Source: Eledone cirrhosa
Taxonomy: Eukaryota
Assembly (NCBI GenBank): GCA_964016885.1
Contig: OZ024742.1
Coordinates: 175,088,001 to 175,152,000, forward strand
Length of the DNA: 64,000 nt
Reading direction: 5' to 3'
How positions within the stretch are numbered: the first letter of the stretch is position 1; each line of letters begins with the position of its first letter. The translations under genes were made by a program, and so were the position numbers. The notes under the pieces are model-generated. The model saw nothing but the letters and a program-made list of their open reading frames with translations. It was not told where the DNA came from and did no database searches. Shown in pieces: positions 24,655 through 36,960 of this stretch.

Positions 24655-27500
24655 ATATATAAAACAGTGAATTAATAAAAATAATGAAATAAAAACAAAG
24701 AACGAGTTCCTTATATTAAAAATTTCATCATATTACGATCGTTTCTGGGATGTATATATGTGTTGGTATGTATATCATATAGATCTATGTAAAAATATTA
24801 CAAATTATCAGAGGAAATATACATACCTTCACATATACATGCCGTCCTCAGAAATGATGAGATGTGTTTATTGAAAAAAAACAACAAAGATTTAATATAA
24901 AAGTTATGTTTGGGAACAGGTTTTGAATTGACCAATAGAAAAGTAGTTAGAGGTCAAGTTGATAGAATAGCAGTAGTAGAAATTTAATTTAGGGGTAGAG
25001 GAGTGCAGACTTATGTTTTGAATGAAAAGAATACGTTGGGGATGAAAAGAGGTCAAGCCAAGAAGATAGTGAAGGATACACGAACATTTGATGTTGTTAA
25101 AGAATAATGTTAAAAACGAAGGAAAATAAAATTTTAGGGCAAGGGTATTAGTGAGAAATACAAATCTTATTTAAACCACAAGGAATCTAGATCAATAACA
25201 AGAAATTAAATTAATTGATAGGTATACTTGTAGGGATAAAGTTATATTAATTCATATGTATGTGATAAATAAGAATTAGACGTTAAAAACGAAGGAAAGT
25301 AAAATTTTGGGATAAGGGTAGTAGTGAGAAATACCAATCCTATTTAAACTACAAGGAATCTAGATTCATAACAGGAAATTAAATTAATTTATAGGTATAC
25401 TTATAGGTATTTTAGGAAAAGAGAGCTGTAAAAGAGAAATAAAATTATGAAGTTCTCTGTAGTAAAATACTAAATATAGGTTAACTAAATTTAGAAAAAA
25501 CAATTATAATAATTTGTAAAATGTAAGAGTAAGGTGTATATTAATTAGGTTTATAATATTTGAAGGTTCTTCTAATTCTATGATTGCAAGATATAATTAA
25601 TTCCTGTCGCTTATTTAATAGGATATCCTTAGATTTCATGATTTCAAAAAGTTCCTGGGAGCATAACCTACACTCGTATCTACTATTTTGATAAGGGGTG
25701 GCCCTTTTGAGCACGCTCCTGTTCAGGTTGTAATCGATATTCTTCTTTCTATAATTATTAATTGTTTCAGCCAAGGATGTTGTATTAGCTAATGTGGCAT
25801 TTTAAAAACTATGTTTGTGGGTATTAAATCTTACATTAAATTGGTTAGACGTAGCTCCTATATATGAATAAGTGGAGTCCTTAGTGCTAATGTTACATTT
25901 ATAGACTCTGTTATTAATAAGACAATTTCCCTTTAATGGGCAATTTCTTTTGATTCTACAGTTACAACCATTCGTAAATATTATATCAGGGGAGTTAGTC
26001 AAATCTGGTGTGGAGTTTACTCAACTTGTTATAGGTGAAGGAGATGGTCGTTTGCTGCGGTTTATTTTAGTATTATGGTTGGTTTGATGTGTTGATGGTA
26101 TATTTGTGCTTTTTTTACACTTATATGCGCTGTAAGCACTTATATTCTGTTGTATATTTTTGGTAGTGGAGTAGGAAAATTTGACAGTTGATCTATTTTA
26201 AATTTGATGGTAATTATGGTTTGGTGGGAAGTTTTTCTCTAGGATAGCAAAGAATTTTTTAGGGATATTGTCTTTAATTTGTAGATTAAATGGAGCATTA
26301 TACCAAGTAATCCGTCTATTACGGTTTCGATATTGTTTTTTTTATTTTTATACGATGTATTAAGATGTTTACTAAGAGAGTTACTATTAGAGACTTTATT
26401 ATATATAGGTTTAGTTAGATTAACTGATTTAGGTGTTTTAGTCTGATTACTAGGAATGTTGTTATCAATGTTGTTAACATATATTGGAGTATTAGGATGA
26501 ATGGTTTTTTGAAAGTCATTATATTTTATGCCAGAAGAAGTAGAGAAATTAAATTTTATGTTGGATTTTTAGGTGTAGTATGAGTGATATTTAGGTGTGG
26601 GTTTTTAATTTGATGTTTGTTGGTAATAGTGGGTTGTATGTTTGAAGTATTATTGGTGCAAGGTATGTAGACTAATTTGTTTTTGTGGCCGCTTCTAGCT
26701 AAAGCTTCGTTATAAAAGGGTGCGTTTTTATCGAATACATCCTGGTTAGATGAAAGGTTAGAGATTCTGAGTAAGATGTTATATGCTAGGTTTTTAAGGA
26801 TAGATCTAGGGTGATTGGATTGTGAGTGTATGTAATGTAATGTAAGTTTTGGTTTATGGTAAGGTTGGTAGATACCCGTAGGTAGGTCTAAAGTTATATC
26901 TAGGAAATTGACTATTTTACTGGTGTTTTCAAATGTAATAGTGAGATTGTAATAGTCTTTGAGGAAAGTTCTAATAAGTTTTTTATTTATTTCAGTTTCT
27001 GATAGGATAAGATTAGTGGAAAGAAGAAGACAGTCATCAGGATATCAACCACCTTTAAGGTGGGGAAAAGATGAATTAATGTTAAATAGAAGAAAGAGGC
27101 CCACAAGATCGGTAATTTGGGCGGAATCACTGGAGCCCATAGTTATGTCGAAGAGATTACTATATGTATTTCTGATCCAGTATTCCTTCTGAAACTCCAG
27201 TAGTGTTTGTCTAGCGTGCGTGATAATATTAATGTCATCCATAGTTAAGTCTGATCTATTTTTGGCAAATATCAAGGCTTTGTTCAGGAGTATGGGTGAT
27301 ATAGAGGAATAATAAGCATCTATATCAAATTGTAGAAATGAAGCAGATGATTTATTTCTAATATTAGTAAACCATTTAATTACTTGGAATGTGTTTTCCC
27401 AGAGTGGTAAGTTAACGTGTTTTCTTGATTGTGGGATAATTCTATCTAAATATTTTTTACTGATGATCCCAATGTCTGACTTGGAAGGGCATATAAGTCT
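24655..27500 (-). mobile_element. Penelope-like element (RT + CxCx5C linker + GIY-YIG), 5'-truncated, frameshifted
   Basis: IRLICPSKSDIGIISK...FLQFDIDAYYSSIS...ITMGSSDSAQITDLVG; RRITWYNAPF; CNCRIKRNCPLKGNCL...VY...YIGATSNQFNVRFNTHKHSF; CRLCSQE...LLNKRQELIISCNH. HHR in the 3' UTR. Confidence 0.9.
24725..24860 (-). ncRNA. Type I hammerhead ribozyme with ~100-nt stem II
   Basis: tcatcattt-CTGAGGA-[cggcatgtatatgtgaaggtatgtatat...atatacataccaacacatatatacatccca]-GAAA-cgatcg-TA-atatgatga; palindromic stem III. Confidence 0.8.
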
Positions 27501-27548
27501 TATATATATATGCATATATATATATTTATTAAAATAACAGATTAAAGT

Positions 27549-27621
<73 letters not shown>

Positions 27622-29071
27622 AGAGATAGTTAGATGTATAGATAGATTGATAGAAAGATACATACACATATAAAAATGTATGAAAAATGAAGACTATGTT
27701 TTTTCATGAGGGCATGATATGAACTCACACTGATATATGTGATTTCATAATGTATATACTTTATTTCAACAACATATATTCTTGTATTTTCTACAGGTAC
27801 AGGACAACTAGACATTTTGTTATACACACACACATACATACATAAATATATGTTTATATATAATATGTATGTGCTCTGATAGATGGGTAATGTTAGTGTG
27901 CATGAACGATGTAGCATAAGTGAACTGAGAGGCAAAGAGCATAAAAGTAATTGGATTTAGTGTGCAAGAGATAAGACTGTGTTGTAATGGACATGTAAGT
28001 TATATGGAAAATAGCAGCTGCATAAAGAAATGCAGAGAAATCCCAGTGGTTGGGTCCCAAGGTAGAGGGGACTGAGGAGGACTTGGGATGATATTGTAAA
28101 AAACCAACCATAAGAAACCAAACAACTCATCAGAGACAACACAGGACTGCGAGGGCTGGTGATATGCTGTGCTGATGAAAACCCAACAACAAACATATGA
28201 TGTGATCTGACCCTACTCTATGTCTTCTCCCTCAACTAGCACTCCTCAGCAGCTATTGTCATTACCACTGCACCCCTCCCCATATATGTTTCCTCCAGTG
28301 TCATTTCTTAACTAGTCCCCTCTAAAGCCCTTAGATACCCTCACAATTACACCCTTGTGCACCCTCTCCACTACTACCATTTAGCTATTTTTTCACAGCT
28401 AAACCCCCCCCCACACACACACACTATTGGCCACATCATCCACACACACACACACCACAACTATATTCCCTCTCTGCCTATACTATCAGTCACCCTTTCT
28501 TCCTACTCATCATACTGTCAAATCACCACAGTCACCATACAGCAAAAACGTCATGCCTACCTCTCTTCTCCCTTCACCCACAAATCCCACAGAGAAGGGA
28601 GGCTCTTTAGTTGGCACTATGGCCAACAACTTCTCTGGCATTGGTGCGATGAAAATGTTCATGTTACACCCTGTAAAATGTTTGGCAAGAGGAAGGGCAC
28701 CTTACTGTAGAAACCATGCCTAATAGGATTAAGAGAACGCTTCATTTGGTCCAGGAGATGACAACATCTCTATATTATAAATACACACAATACATCCAGC
28801 TATAGACAGCTTGCCAAACAAATGGTTGGAAGGACTCTTCAGTTGTAAAAACAAGCCAACATATTTAGTGCTGGTGCCATGGTAAATGCAGCTGGTAGAA
28901 CATGGAACTATATGTAAGCGAGATGTGCACCCCTAGCCTCTGGGTGGTCAGTAACCCTGCTTTAATCTTGGCTCAGTCTATGAGGACCTGTCCAACCCTT
29001 GCTTGGTGGGGAAAGTAGATGTTAAATGATAATGGATGTAAAAATGATGATGATATATATATATATATATA

Positions 29072-29298
29072 TACTATCTGGTCCGTCCGGCTGGCGCTCG
29101 GCTAGGTATACCTGCCTCCACAACTCCACTGCAAAGATACCACACACCCTCCCATGTCACATTGTACTTCCGACTCTCTCTCTGAATAACTAACACTTTA
29201 ATTGTATCTCTCTCTGTCTAATGGCCTATCTGTCTTTTCCCCTCCCTCTGTTTTTCTGTCTCTCTCTGTAGATGTGTGTGTGTAGTTTTCATAATCTT

Positions 29299-29357
<59 letters not shown>

Positions 29358-30160
29358 GTGTATATCTTGAAGGGAGATACGGAAACTAAAACAGTGTTGT
29401 CATATAGAGAGTGAAGAGCGACAGAGAGAGTAAAGCAGTTAAATTATAGAGAGGGGGAATGATCTTACATACATACATACATACATATAAAATATAGATA
29501 TGTGTGTGTTTGTGTTTGTGTATGTGTGTGTCTGTGTGTTTTGTTTCGATGTTATCTGGCAATTGGCGAAATCAGGTGTGAAATATGTGTATCTGTGTGT
29601 GTGTGTTACTTATGTGAGCAACGACAGAAAAAGTGTGTGGGATACATACATTATTATATTTGTCTGTATTTTCGTTCTGCAACCATTATATTATGATATT
29701 TGTATCCAAATGATTTTAGATGTATGTATTACCTGCTTGCCCATCCCTCTGTTTCTCTTTCGCTGTCTCTCTTTCTCTCCCCTCTCTCCCGTTAGATGTG
29801 TGTGTGTCTGTAGTTTTCCTGATCTGTCTCTTTCACTCGCTGTCTCTCTAAGATGGTTGCCTTTTGATGTATGTATTACATGCTGTCATATAGAGTGTGA
29901 AGAGAGACTGAGAGTAAAGCAGTTACATTATAGAGAGGGTGAAAGAGTGAGAGAGAGAGAGACGGCGCTCAGCTTTATAATATTAGAGAGTGAAGAGAGC
30001 GACAGAAAGAGTAAAGCAGTTAAATTATAGAGAGGGGGAATGATCTATTATAGAGAGAGAGAGGGAAGAGCGACGGAGAGATTAAGGCTAAGAAACTATA
30101 GGGAGGTGTGTAGGATACATACATAAAACATACACATGACACTCAGCTTTATAATACTAT
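29072..30160 (+). mobile_element. Probable non-autonomous Helitron-like element with internal microsatellites and duplications
   Basis: Starts tacta+GC-rich hairpin within (AT)n; ends ctcagctttataata (29968 and 30142). 29230-29465 is partly duplicated at 29743-30045. Confidence 0.4.
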
Positions 30161-30175
30161 ATATATATATATATA

Positions 30176-30645
30176 TAATATTAAATTCAAATATTAATAA
30201 AACAAGATTCAATGAGTACATCAAAGAATGAGTTTTACAGTTGATTGGAAGCACTCTAAAGTAAAAATAATTTTCCAGAGTTATTAATATAATATTACAT
30301 TCAAATATTAATAAAATAGATGTTGTTGTGATCAATTAAATTTGATTATACATATTTCAGAGGTAAGATTTACCTTGATTAAATCTTAACCATCTAACAT
30401 CTCAGGGTATGTCATGTATCATTTTATTTTATCTGATGAGGACGTACTGTTGAACCTGATTCACGTACCTCTGAAATATGTATAATAAAATTTGATTGAT
30501 CACAAGAACATCTATTTTATTAATATTTGAATTTAATATTATATTAATAACTCTTGAAATTTTTTTTTTTTTTTTTAACTGTAGAGTGCTTCCAATCAAC
30601 AGTAAAACTCATTCTTTGATGTACTCATTGAATCTTGTTTAACTC
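30176..30645. mobile_element. Fold-back PLE terminus with hammerhead
   Basis: 30200-30365 is the reverse complement of 30466-30640; (AT)n on both sides. Confidence 0.75.
30426..30491 (+). ncRNA. Type I hammerhead ribozyme
   Basis: attttat-CTGATGA-ggacgt..tgaa cctga ttca..acgtacctct-GAAA-tatgta-TA-ataaaat: 7-bp stem I, imperfect stem II, AUA triplet. Confidence 0.65.
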
Positions 30646-30658
30646 TTTAATATATATA

Positions 30659-30991
30659 TCATTTCATTTTACGTCCGCTTTTTCACTGCTTGCAAGGGTG
30701 GGACGGGAACTGATGCTGGCTTGATTTCTACAGATGGATGCCCTTCCTAACACCAACCTCATTTACAGTGAGTGTTGGGTGCTTTTTTTCCATGGCACCT
30801 CCACGACCACTTTGCAGCGGAATGATATGGACCCCAATCCCTATCATCTCATTTCTACAGCTGAGTAAACTGGAGCAACGTGAAATAAAGTGTCTTGCTC
30901 AAGGAAACAACACATCACCCGGTCTGAGAATTGAACTCACAACCTTTCGATTGCAAGGCCAATGCTCTAACCACTAAGCCATGTGCCTCCA
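30659..30991 (-). mobile_element. tRNA-derived SINE, family B
   Basis: Full-length, near-identical to 12601-12940 and 53163-53511. Confidence 0.85.
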
Positions 30992-31006
30992 TTATATATA
31001 TATATA

Positions 31007-32279
31007 CACAGGGTGTCCATAAAGTCTCTTTACAATTTAAAGAAATTATTACAAAAGCCAATGAACAGACAAATATGTGGAAATTATTACAAAATCAGGA
31101 GTAGATATTTAATTTTTTAAAACTAATTTATGCACACCATTAGTTGCTCTAAGCACATCAAGATAGTCCTCAATTTGATGCCATGTTTAGTGTAGCATAG
31201 CCTCATCAATGGTGGCAATGGCATCAGTGATGTTTTGCTTTAAATCAGTGATGCCCCATACCTTTGTTCGATACACAATATCTTTAACATAACCCCATAG
31301 AAACAAGTCCAGAGGAATAATATCTGGTGAACTAGGTGGTCAGGGAATTGGCCATCACTTCCAATCCACCAGTCTGGAAATGTTTGATTTAGAAACCCAC
31401 GAACATGCAGTCCCCAATGTGGTGGTGCAGCATCTAGTTGTGGTGCCACATATTAAGTCAAAAGGTCAAGGTAAACATTTGCAGTAATTGAAGAGAAATG
31501 GACAAATAATTCGATTATACATGATCTCACACCACACATTCACCTTTGGACTATCTCGGTGAGGTTCTCTAGTCCCATGGAGGTGTTCTGATCCCTAGCT
31601 TATATTATGTGTGTTCAGTTTTCCTGAAACATGGAAGGTTGCCTCATCACTAAAACAAACTCAGATGAGCAACGTTTGATCCTCAGAAATTCATTCCAGC
31701 ATGTTAACTGCAAAGTCTTTTCATCTTGGTTTATGATTTGCTGGAGTGCCTGTAAGAGTTGCACTTTGTAAGCGTACAATTACAAGTTCTTGAGTAGGAC
31801 CTGTTGTACTCTTGAACGTGGCAGCTGTAACTGTCTGGCAGCAGTATTGATGGATTTTGTAGGAGAACGCTGAAAGTCTTGTCTTACATGATCAATGTTT
31901 TCCTCACATGTTCTTGGTTGTCAACTCCTCCTTTTATCCTAAACTGTCCTTGTCTCCATACATTTTTTGTGCCAGGCACAGTTGATGGATGTGACGGTGG
32001 ATCTCTTCCATACTTAGTTCTGTAGTTTTGTGAGTCTGCGTATCCAATGTTGTTGCAACAAACCATGACAAAAATTGTGCCTTTTCTTGAGGAGTAGCCA
32101 TTTTTTAGGGGTTCATTTAACAGTGCCTTTTTCATCAACAGGATACGTGAAATACATAAATGCAATGTAATTAAAAACTTTGATAACTATTGAGTAGATA
32201 GAATACATCTGATTAAGATATCTAATCAAGTGCCTTTGTAAAATATTTTTTTAAATTGTAAAGAGACTTTATGGACACA

Positions 32280-32284
<5 letters not shown>
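31007..32284 (-). mobile_element. Tc1/mariner DNA transposon (DD41D-type), defective transposase
   Basis: TIRs cacagggtgtccataaagtctctttacaattt / aaattgtaaagagactttatggacacactgtg with TA flanks. Minus strand from 32101: MATPQEKAQ...FSDEATFHVSG...DAAPPHWGLHVR...PP.SPDI.PLD.FLWGYVK, with frameshifts. Confidence 0.9.
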
Positions 32285-32317
<33 letters not shown>

Positions 32318-32760
32318 GTTATTCCAGGTTGAATGGGAGGTAACCACAGTAAGTAAGGTACTAAATACGTAGCAGAGTATAAAAGTTTTAATATAAATGA
32401 GATTCTACAGGACTAGAACTGTTTCATTCTTTAGAAATCATCAGGAATCTGGCTTTCCAAAAATAAATGTCGTGGTGGTAGAAGAGGGTGGAGAGTGGGA
32501 TGGGTGGAGGTCATTGGTTGAAAGAAAAAGTAATTCATTAAAAGCTAATAAATGTTTCAGGTGGTAGAAGAGGGTGTGGAGTGGGATGGGTGGAGGTCAT
32601 TGGTTGAAAGAAAGGGAATTCATTAAAAGCTAATTCTTTAAGTCTATAATTTATATTTAGAGTGACAAAGGCAGAAAGAATTCTATAAACCAGTTTAAAA
32701 TAATGGTTGCATATCATATCATTATCGTCAAATTTCTCTTAAGCTATATTCCAGGTGTTG
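32318..32760 (-). mobile_element. Non-coding HHR-bearing element (non-autonomous PLE / retrozyme-like), copy 1
   Basis: Reverse-complement homolog of 34413-34908. Begins and ends with (ca)acctggaata; internal ~75-bp duplication. Confidence 0.75.
32400..32450 (-). ncRNA. Type I hammerhead ribozyme, canonical core
   Basis: agattc-CTGATGA-tttc taaa gaat-GAAA-cag ttctagtc ctg-TA-gaatct: perfect 6-bp stem I, GUA triplet. Confidence 0.85.
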
Positions 32761-32792
32761 ACAGACACATTCACATGCACACACACACACAC

Positions 32793-32830
<38 letters not shown>

Positions 32831-32831
<1 letters not shown>

Positions 32832-34412
32832 GATTAGGGACCGGGTGAAAATAGATGAGATGCAATTTGGGTTTGTACCAGGAAGAAGCACCACTGATGC
32901 CCTCTTCCTTGTGAGGCAGTTACAGGAAAAGTACCTAGCTAAAAGTAAGCCACTCTACCTGGCATTCATCGATCTCGAGAAAGCCTTTGACAGAGTTCCA
33001 CATGCTGTAATCGGGTGGGCTCTTAGAAAACTAGGAGTAGATGAATGGTTTGTGAAAGCTGTACAAGCCATGTATAGGGGAGCAGTCAGCAAAGTTAGGA
33101 TTAGCAATGAGTATAGCGAGAAATTTAGCGTACAGGTTGGTGTCCACCAGGGCTCTGTTCTTAGCCCTCTCCTGTTCATCATAGTCCTGCAGGCAATAAC
33201 GGAGGAGTTTAAGACTGGATGCCCATGGGAACTCCTGTATGCTGATGACCTCACACTAATAGATGAATCTATGGTAGAACTAGAGAATAAATTCCAAACT
33301 TGGAAGCAGGGACTAGAAAGAAAGGGTCTCAAAGTCAACATGACAAAGACTAAGGTCCTTGTAAGTAGACGAGAAAACAGAACCCAGATCCCCTCAGGGA
33401 AATGGCCTTGCTCAGTATGTAGGAAAGCTGTAGGTAGGAACTCCATTCTCTGCCCCAAATGCAAACAATGGGTACACAGGAGATGTAGCAGGATCTCAGG
33501 AAGCTTAATTAAGAATGTAGGCTTCACATGCAGCAGCTGTGCTGGGATAGCAAGCAGCAAACAGCCACAGGAAACAAGTTCCACCAATCTCTGGGAGGGC
33601 TCTGTAGAAACAATAGACAGCTTCTGCTACCTAGGTGACCAAATTAGCAACGGAGGTGGGTGTTCAGAAAGTACAATAACTAGGGTAAGAACAGGATGGA
33701 AGAAGTTCAGTGAACTACTGCCACTGCTAGCTGCAAAAGGCTTCTCCCTCAAAATGAAAGGCAGACTGTATGATACGTGTATCCGAACAGCAATGTTACA
33801 TGGTAGTGAGACCTGGGCGCTGAAGGTGGAAGACTTACGTAGGTGGAAGACTTACGTAGATTAGAAAGAAACGAAGCCTGCATGCTCCGATGGATGTGTA
33901 ATAGTAATATACGCGAACGACAAAGCATAAATTAATTGAGAGAGAGACTGAACATAAGAGGTATCAAATGCTGTGTGCAGGGGAGGCGGTTGCATTGGTA
34001 TGGACATGTGATGTGTATGAAGGATGACAGCTGCATAAAAAGGTGCAGAGCACTAGAAGTCAATGGAAACCGCGGAGTGGGGAGACCCAAGAAGACCTGG
34101 GATGAGGTGATAAAAGCCGACCTTACCCATTTACACCTCTCAAATGTGATGACACCCGACCGTGACCTCTGGCGTCAAGCAGTAATACAGAGTACCCGAC
34201 CTCCCATGGGTACATGCTGAAGCATATAGACAATATGCCCCCACACCCTCCCACTGCAAGGTGGTCTTGGAGGTGCCACGGCAAAAAAGCACCCAGCCCA
34301 CAATGTAAAGTGGATGTGTAGGCGCCATGGAAAAAGCACCCAGCACTCACTGTAAATGAGGTTGGTGTTAGGAAGGGCATCCAGCTGTAGAAATCAAGCC
34401 CACAACAGGACA
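32831..34412 (+). mobile_element. RTE LINE, 5'-truncated (RT + PHD-like Cys module + 3' UTR)
   Basis: 339-aa ORF: QFGFVPGRST..AFIDLEKAFDRV..GVHQGSVLSPLLF..LLYADD. Frameshift from a 17-bp duplication (aggtggaagacttacgt x2, ~33824-33857); C-terminus in 33936-34220. Confidence 0.95.
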
Positions 34413-34908
34413 ACTGGAATATAGCTTAAGAGAAATTTGACGATAATGATATAATAGGCACCCAATATTTTAAACTGGTTTATAGAATTCTCTTGGCCTT
34501 TGTCACTCTAACTAGAACTTTAAAGAATTAGCTTTTAAAGAATTTCCCTTTCCTTTAAATCCATCAACTATGACCGACCCCCAAAGATCTTATAGACACC
34601 TGAAATATAGGCATTGTTAGCTTAAGAGAAACTTAAAAATAAGGAGTGGCACCCCATTCTGAACTTGTTTATAGAATTCTATCTGCCTTTGTCACTCTAA
34701 ATATAAATTATAGCCTTAAAGAATTAGCTTTTAATGAATTCCCTTTTCTTTCAACCAATGACCTCCACCCATCCCACTCCCCACCCTCTCCTACCACCTG
34801 AAAAGATATAAATACCACAACATTTATTTTTGGAAAGCCAGATTTCTGATGATTTCTAAAGATTGAAACAGTTCTAGTACTGTAGAATCTCATCTATATT
34901 AAAACTTA
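34413..34908 (+). mobile_element. Non-coding HHR-bearing element, copy 2
   Basis: Starts ctggaatatagcttaagagaaatttgacg exactly as copy 1. Internal ~195-bp diverged duplication; ends in (AT)n. Confidence 0.75.
34840..34890 (+). ncRNA. Type I hammerhead ribozyme, canonical core
   Basis: agattt-CTGATGA-tttc taaa gatt-GAAA-cagt tctagt actg-TA-gaatct. Confidence 0.8.
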
Positions 34909-34915
34909 TATATAT

Positions 34916-34975
<60 letters not shown>

Positions 34976-34977
<2 letters not shown>

Positions 34978-36055
34978 AGATCCCCTCAGGGAAATGACCT
35001 TGCTCAGTATATAGGAAAGGCGTAGGCCGGAACGCCATCCTCTGCACCAAATGCAAACAATGGGTACACAAGAGATGTAGTTGGATCTCAGGAAGCTTAG
35101 CTAAGAATGTAGGCTTTACATGTAGCAGCTGCACCGGGACAGCAAGCAGCAAACAGCCACAGGAAACAAGCACCACCAAACTGTAGGAGGGCTCTGTAGA
35201 AACAGTAGACAGCTTTTGCTATCTAGGTGACCAAATTAGCAGCGGAGGTGGGTGTTCGGAAAGTCCAGTAACCAGGGTAAGAACGGTATAGAAGTAGTTC
35301 AGGGAGCTACTGCCACTGCTAGCGGCAAAAGGCTTTTCCTTCAAAATGAAAGGCAGACTGTATGATGCGTGTATAGCAACAGCAATGTTACATGATAGTG
35401 ACACCTCGGTGTTGTGTGTAGAAGTCTTGCGTAGATTAGAAAGAAACAAAGCCTGCATGTTCCGATTGATGTGTAATAGTAATATGCGTAAACAGCAAAG
35501 CATAAACGAATTGAGAGAGAGACTGAGCATAAGAGGAATCAAATGCTGTGTGCAGGAGAGGAGCTTGCATATGAAGGATGACAGCTGCATAAAAAGGTGC
35601 AGAGCACTAGAAGTCAATGGAAGGCGTGACATGGGGAGACCCAAGAAGATTTAGGATCAGGTGATAAAAGCCGACCTTACCCAATTGCACCTCTCAAAGG
35701 TGTCACGCAGTAATACAGAAGACCCAACTTCCCACTGGTACAAGCTGATGCTGAAGCATATAGACAATATGCCCCCACCCCCCTCTCACTGCAAACTGGT
35801 CATGGAAGTTTCATGGCAAAAAAGCACCCAGCCCACACAGTAAAGTGGTTGTGTAGGCACCACGGAAAAAAAGCACCAAGCACTAACTGTAAATGAGGTT
35901 GGTGTTAGGAAGGGCATCCAGCTGTAGAAATCAAGCCAGAATCAGTTCCCATATGAGCAAGACAAGGTCAGCCGACCGGCCACTGCCCACAACAAGATAA
36001 CCCGTCTAACCCATGCTAGCATGGAAGAATGGACGTAAAACGGTGATGATTATGA
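34976..36055 (+). mobile_element. Second 5'-truncated RTE LINE copy with complete 3' UTR and (GAT)n tail
   Basis: Homologous to 33384-34400; ORF 35346-35654; multiple stops. Confidence 0.9.
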
Positions 36056-36149
36056 TATATATATATATACTATCAGTGTATCCTGGCATTGCACAGGTAA
36101 GAACATTGGTTATAGCACCTCCAATGAGAAACGTTTATTTGAGTGCCTG

Positions 36150-36395
36150 TTAAAAACTCATGCACTGGACATGCTCACTGACATCCAGAGTTGACACTGC
36201 CCTCAGTGCTCCTGTGGGAGCCTCTGCATGGACATACTGGAAGAGGAAGACCGAAGTTAACATATGTTGATGCCCTAAGGACAGACACTGGTCTGTTGGA
36301 GACGCAGGACATGGCAGCGATAATGAGGGATAGAGATCGCTGGAGAGAACTCGTCCATGGATCTCGGGAATTTTACCTGCCCTAGATAGATAGAT
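36150..36395 (+). mobile_element. 3' end of another RTE/RTE-X-like LINE
   Basis: VLLWEPLHGHTGRGRPKLTYVDALRTDTG...MRDRDRWRELV, then a (TAGA)n tail. The last ~47 bp recur at 37268-37314. Confidence 0.7.
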
Positions 36396-36537
36396 AAATA
36401 TATTTTTATGTGTATATTTATATATATGTATATGTGTATATATATATATGTGCATATGTGTATGTATATGTATGTATATATAAACATACATATAAAAGTG
36501 AAATTGTCTGTGTGTGTGTCCTCATTTTTGCACTGTC

Positions 36538-36960
36538 AAGGAAGCACCAGAGATGTCGCAGCCTCAGCGCGTGTTTGCGCATCAACAGCCACGGCATGCC
36601 CAGCCCCCCAAGCAACGGGTGTTGACAGCAGATGGATCGTCTGACCATGGGAGCATGTCTCTTCCATAAAAAGCAGAAGTGGAGGCGCTCCATTTTAGTC
36701 CAAGTTGGCCGGGGCAAGGCACAACGGTTAGGCGGTAGCAGATGATGGATGCGATGATCGCATTCGCCACCTCTGCCCGACCTTTCAGGGATAGCTTCCT
36801 CTCGGCCCATTTCTGGATGAGAGAGGCCACCTTGTTTGTCACGTCGCTCCAGTTTTTCTCCATCTGGAGGTCCGGACCGAACCAGACCCCGAGCAATTTA
36901 ACCAGTTCTTCCGTCCAGCACCCCACGACACTGTCGGCAGCATGGACTTTCCTCTCCAGG
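36538..36960 (-). mobile_element. Tx1/L1-like LINE fragment (RT C-terminal region)
   Basis: VKLLGVWFGPDLQMEKNWSDVTNKVASLIQKWAERKLSLKGRAEVANAIIAS. Confidence 0.8.

Noticed and set aside
32955-33587. 210-aa antisense ORF
   Set aside because: Shadow of the RTE RT ORF on the opposite strand.
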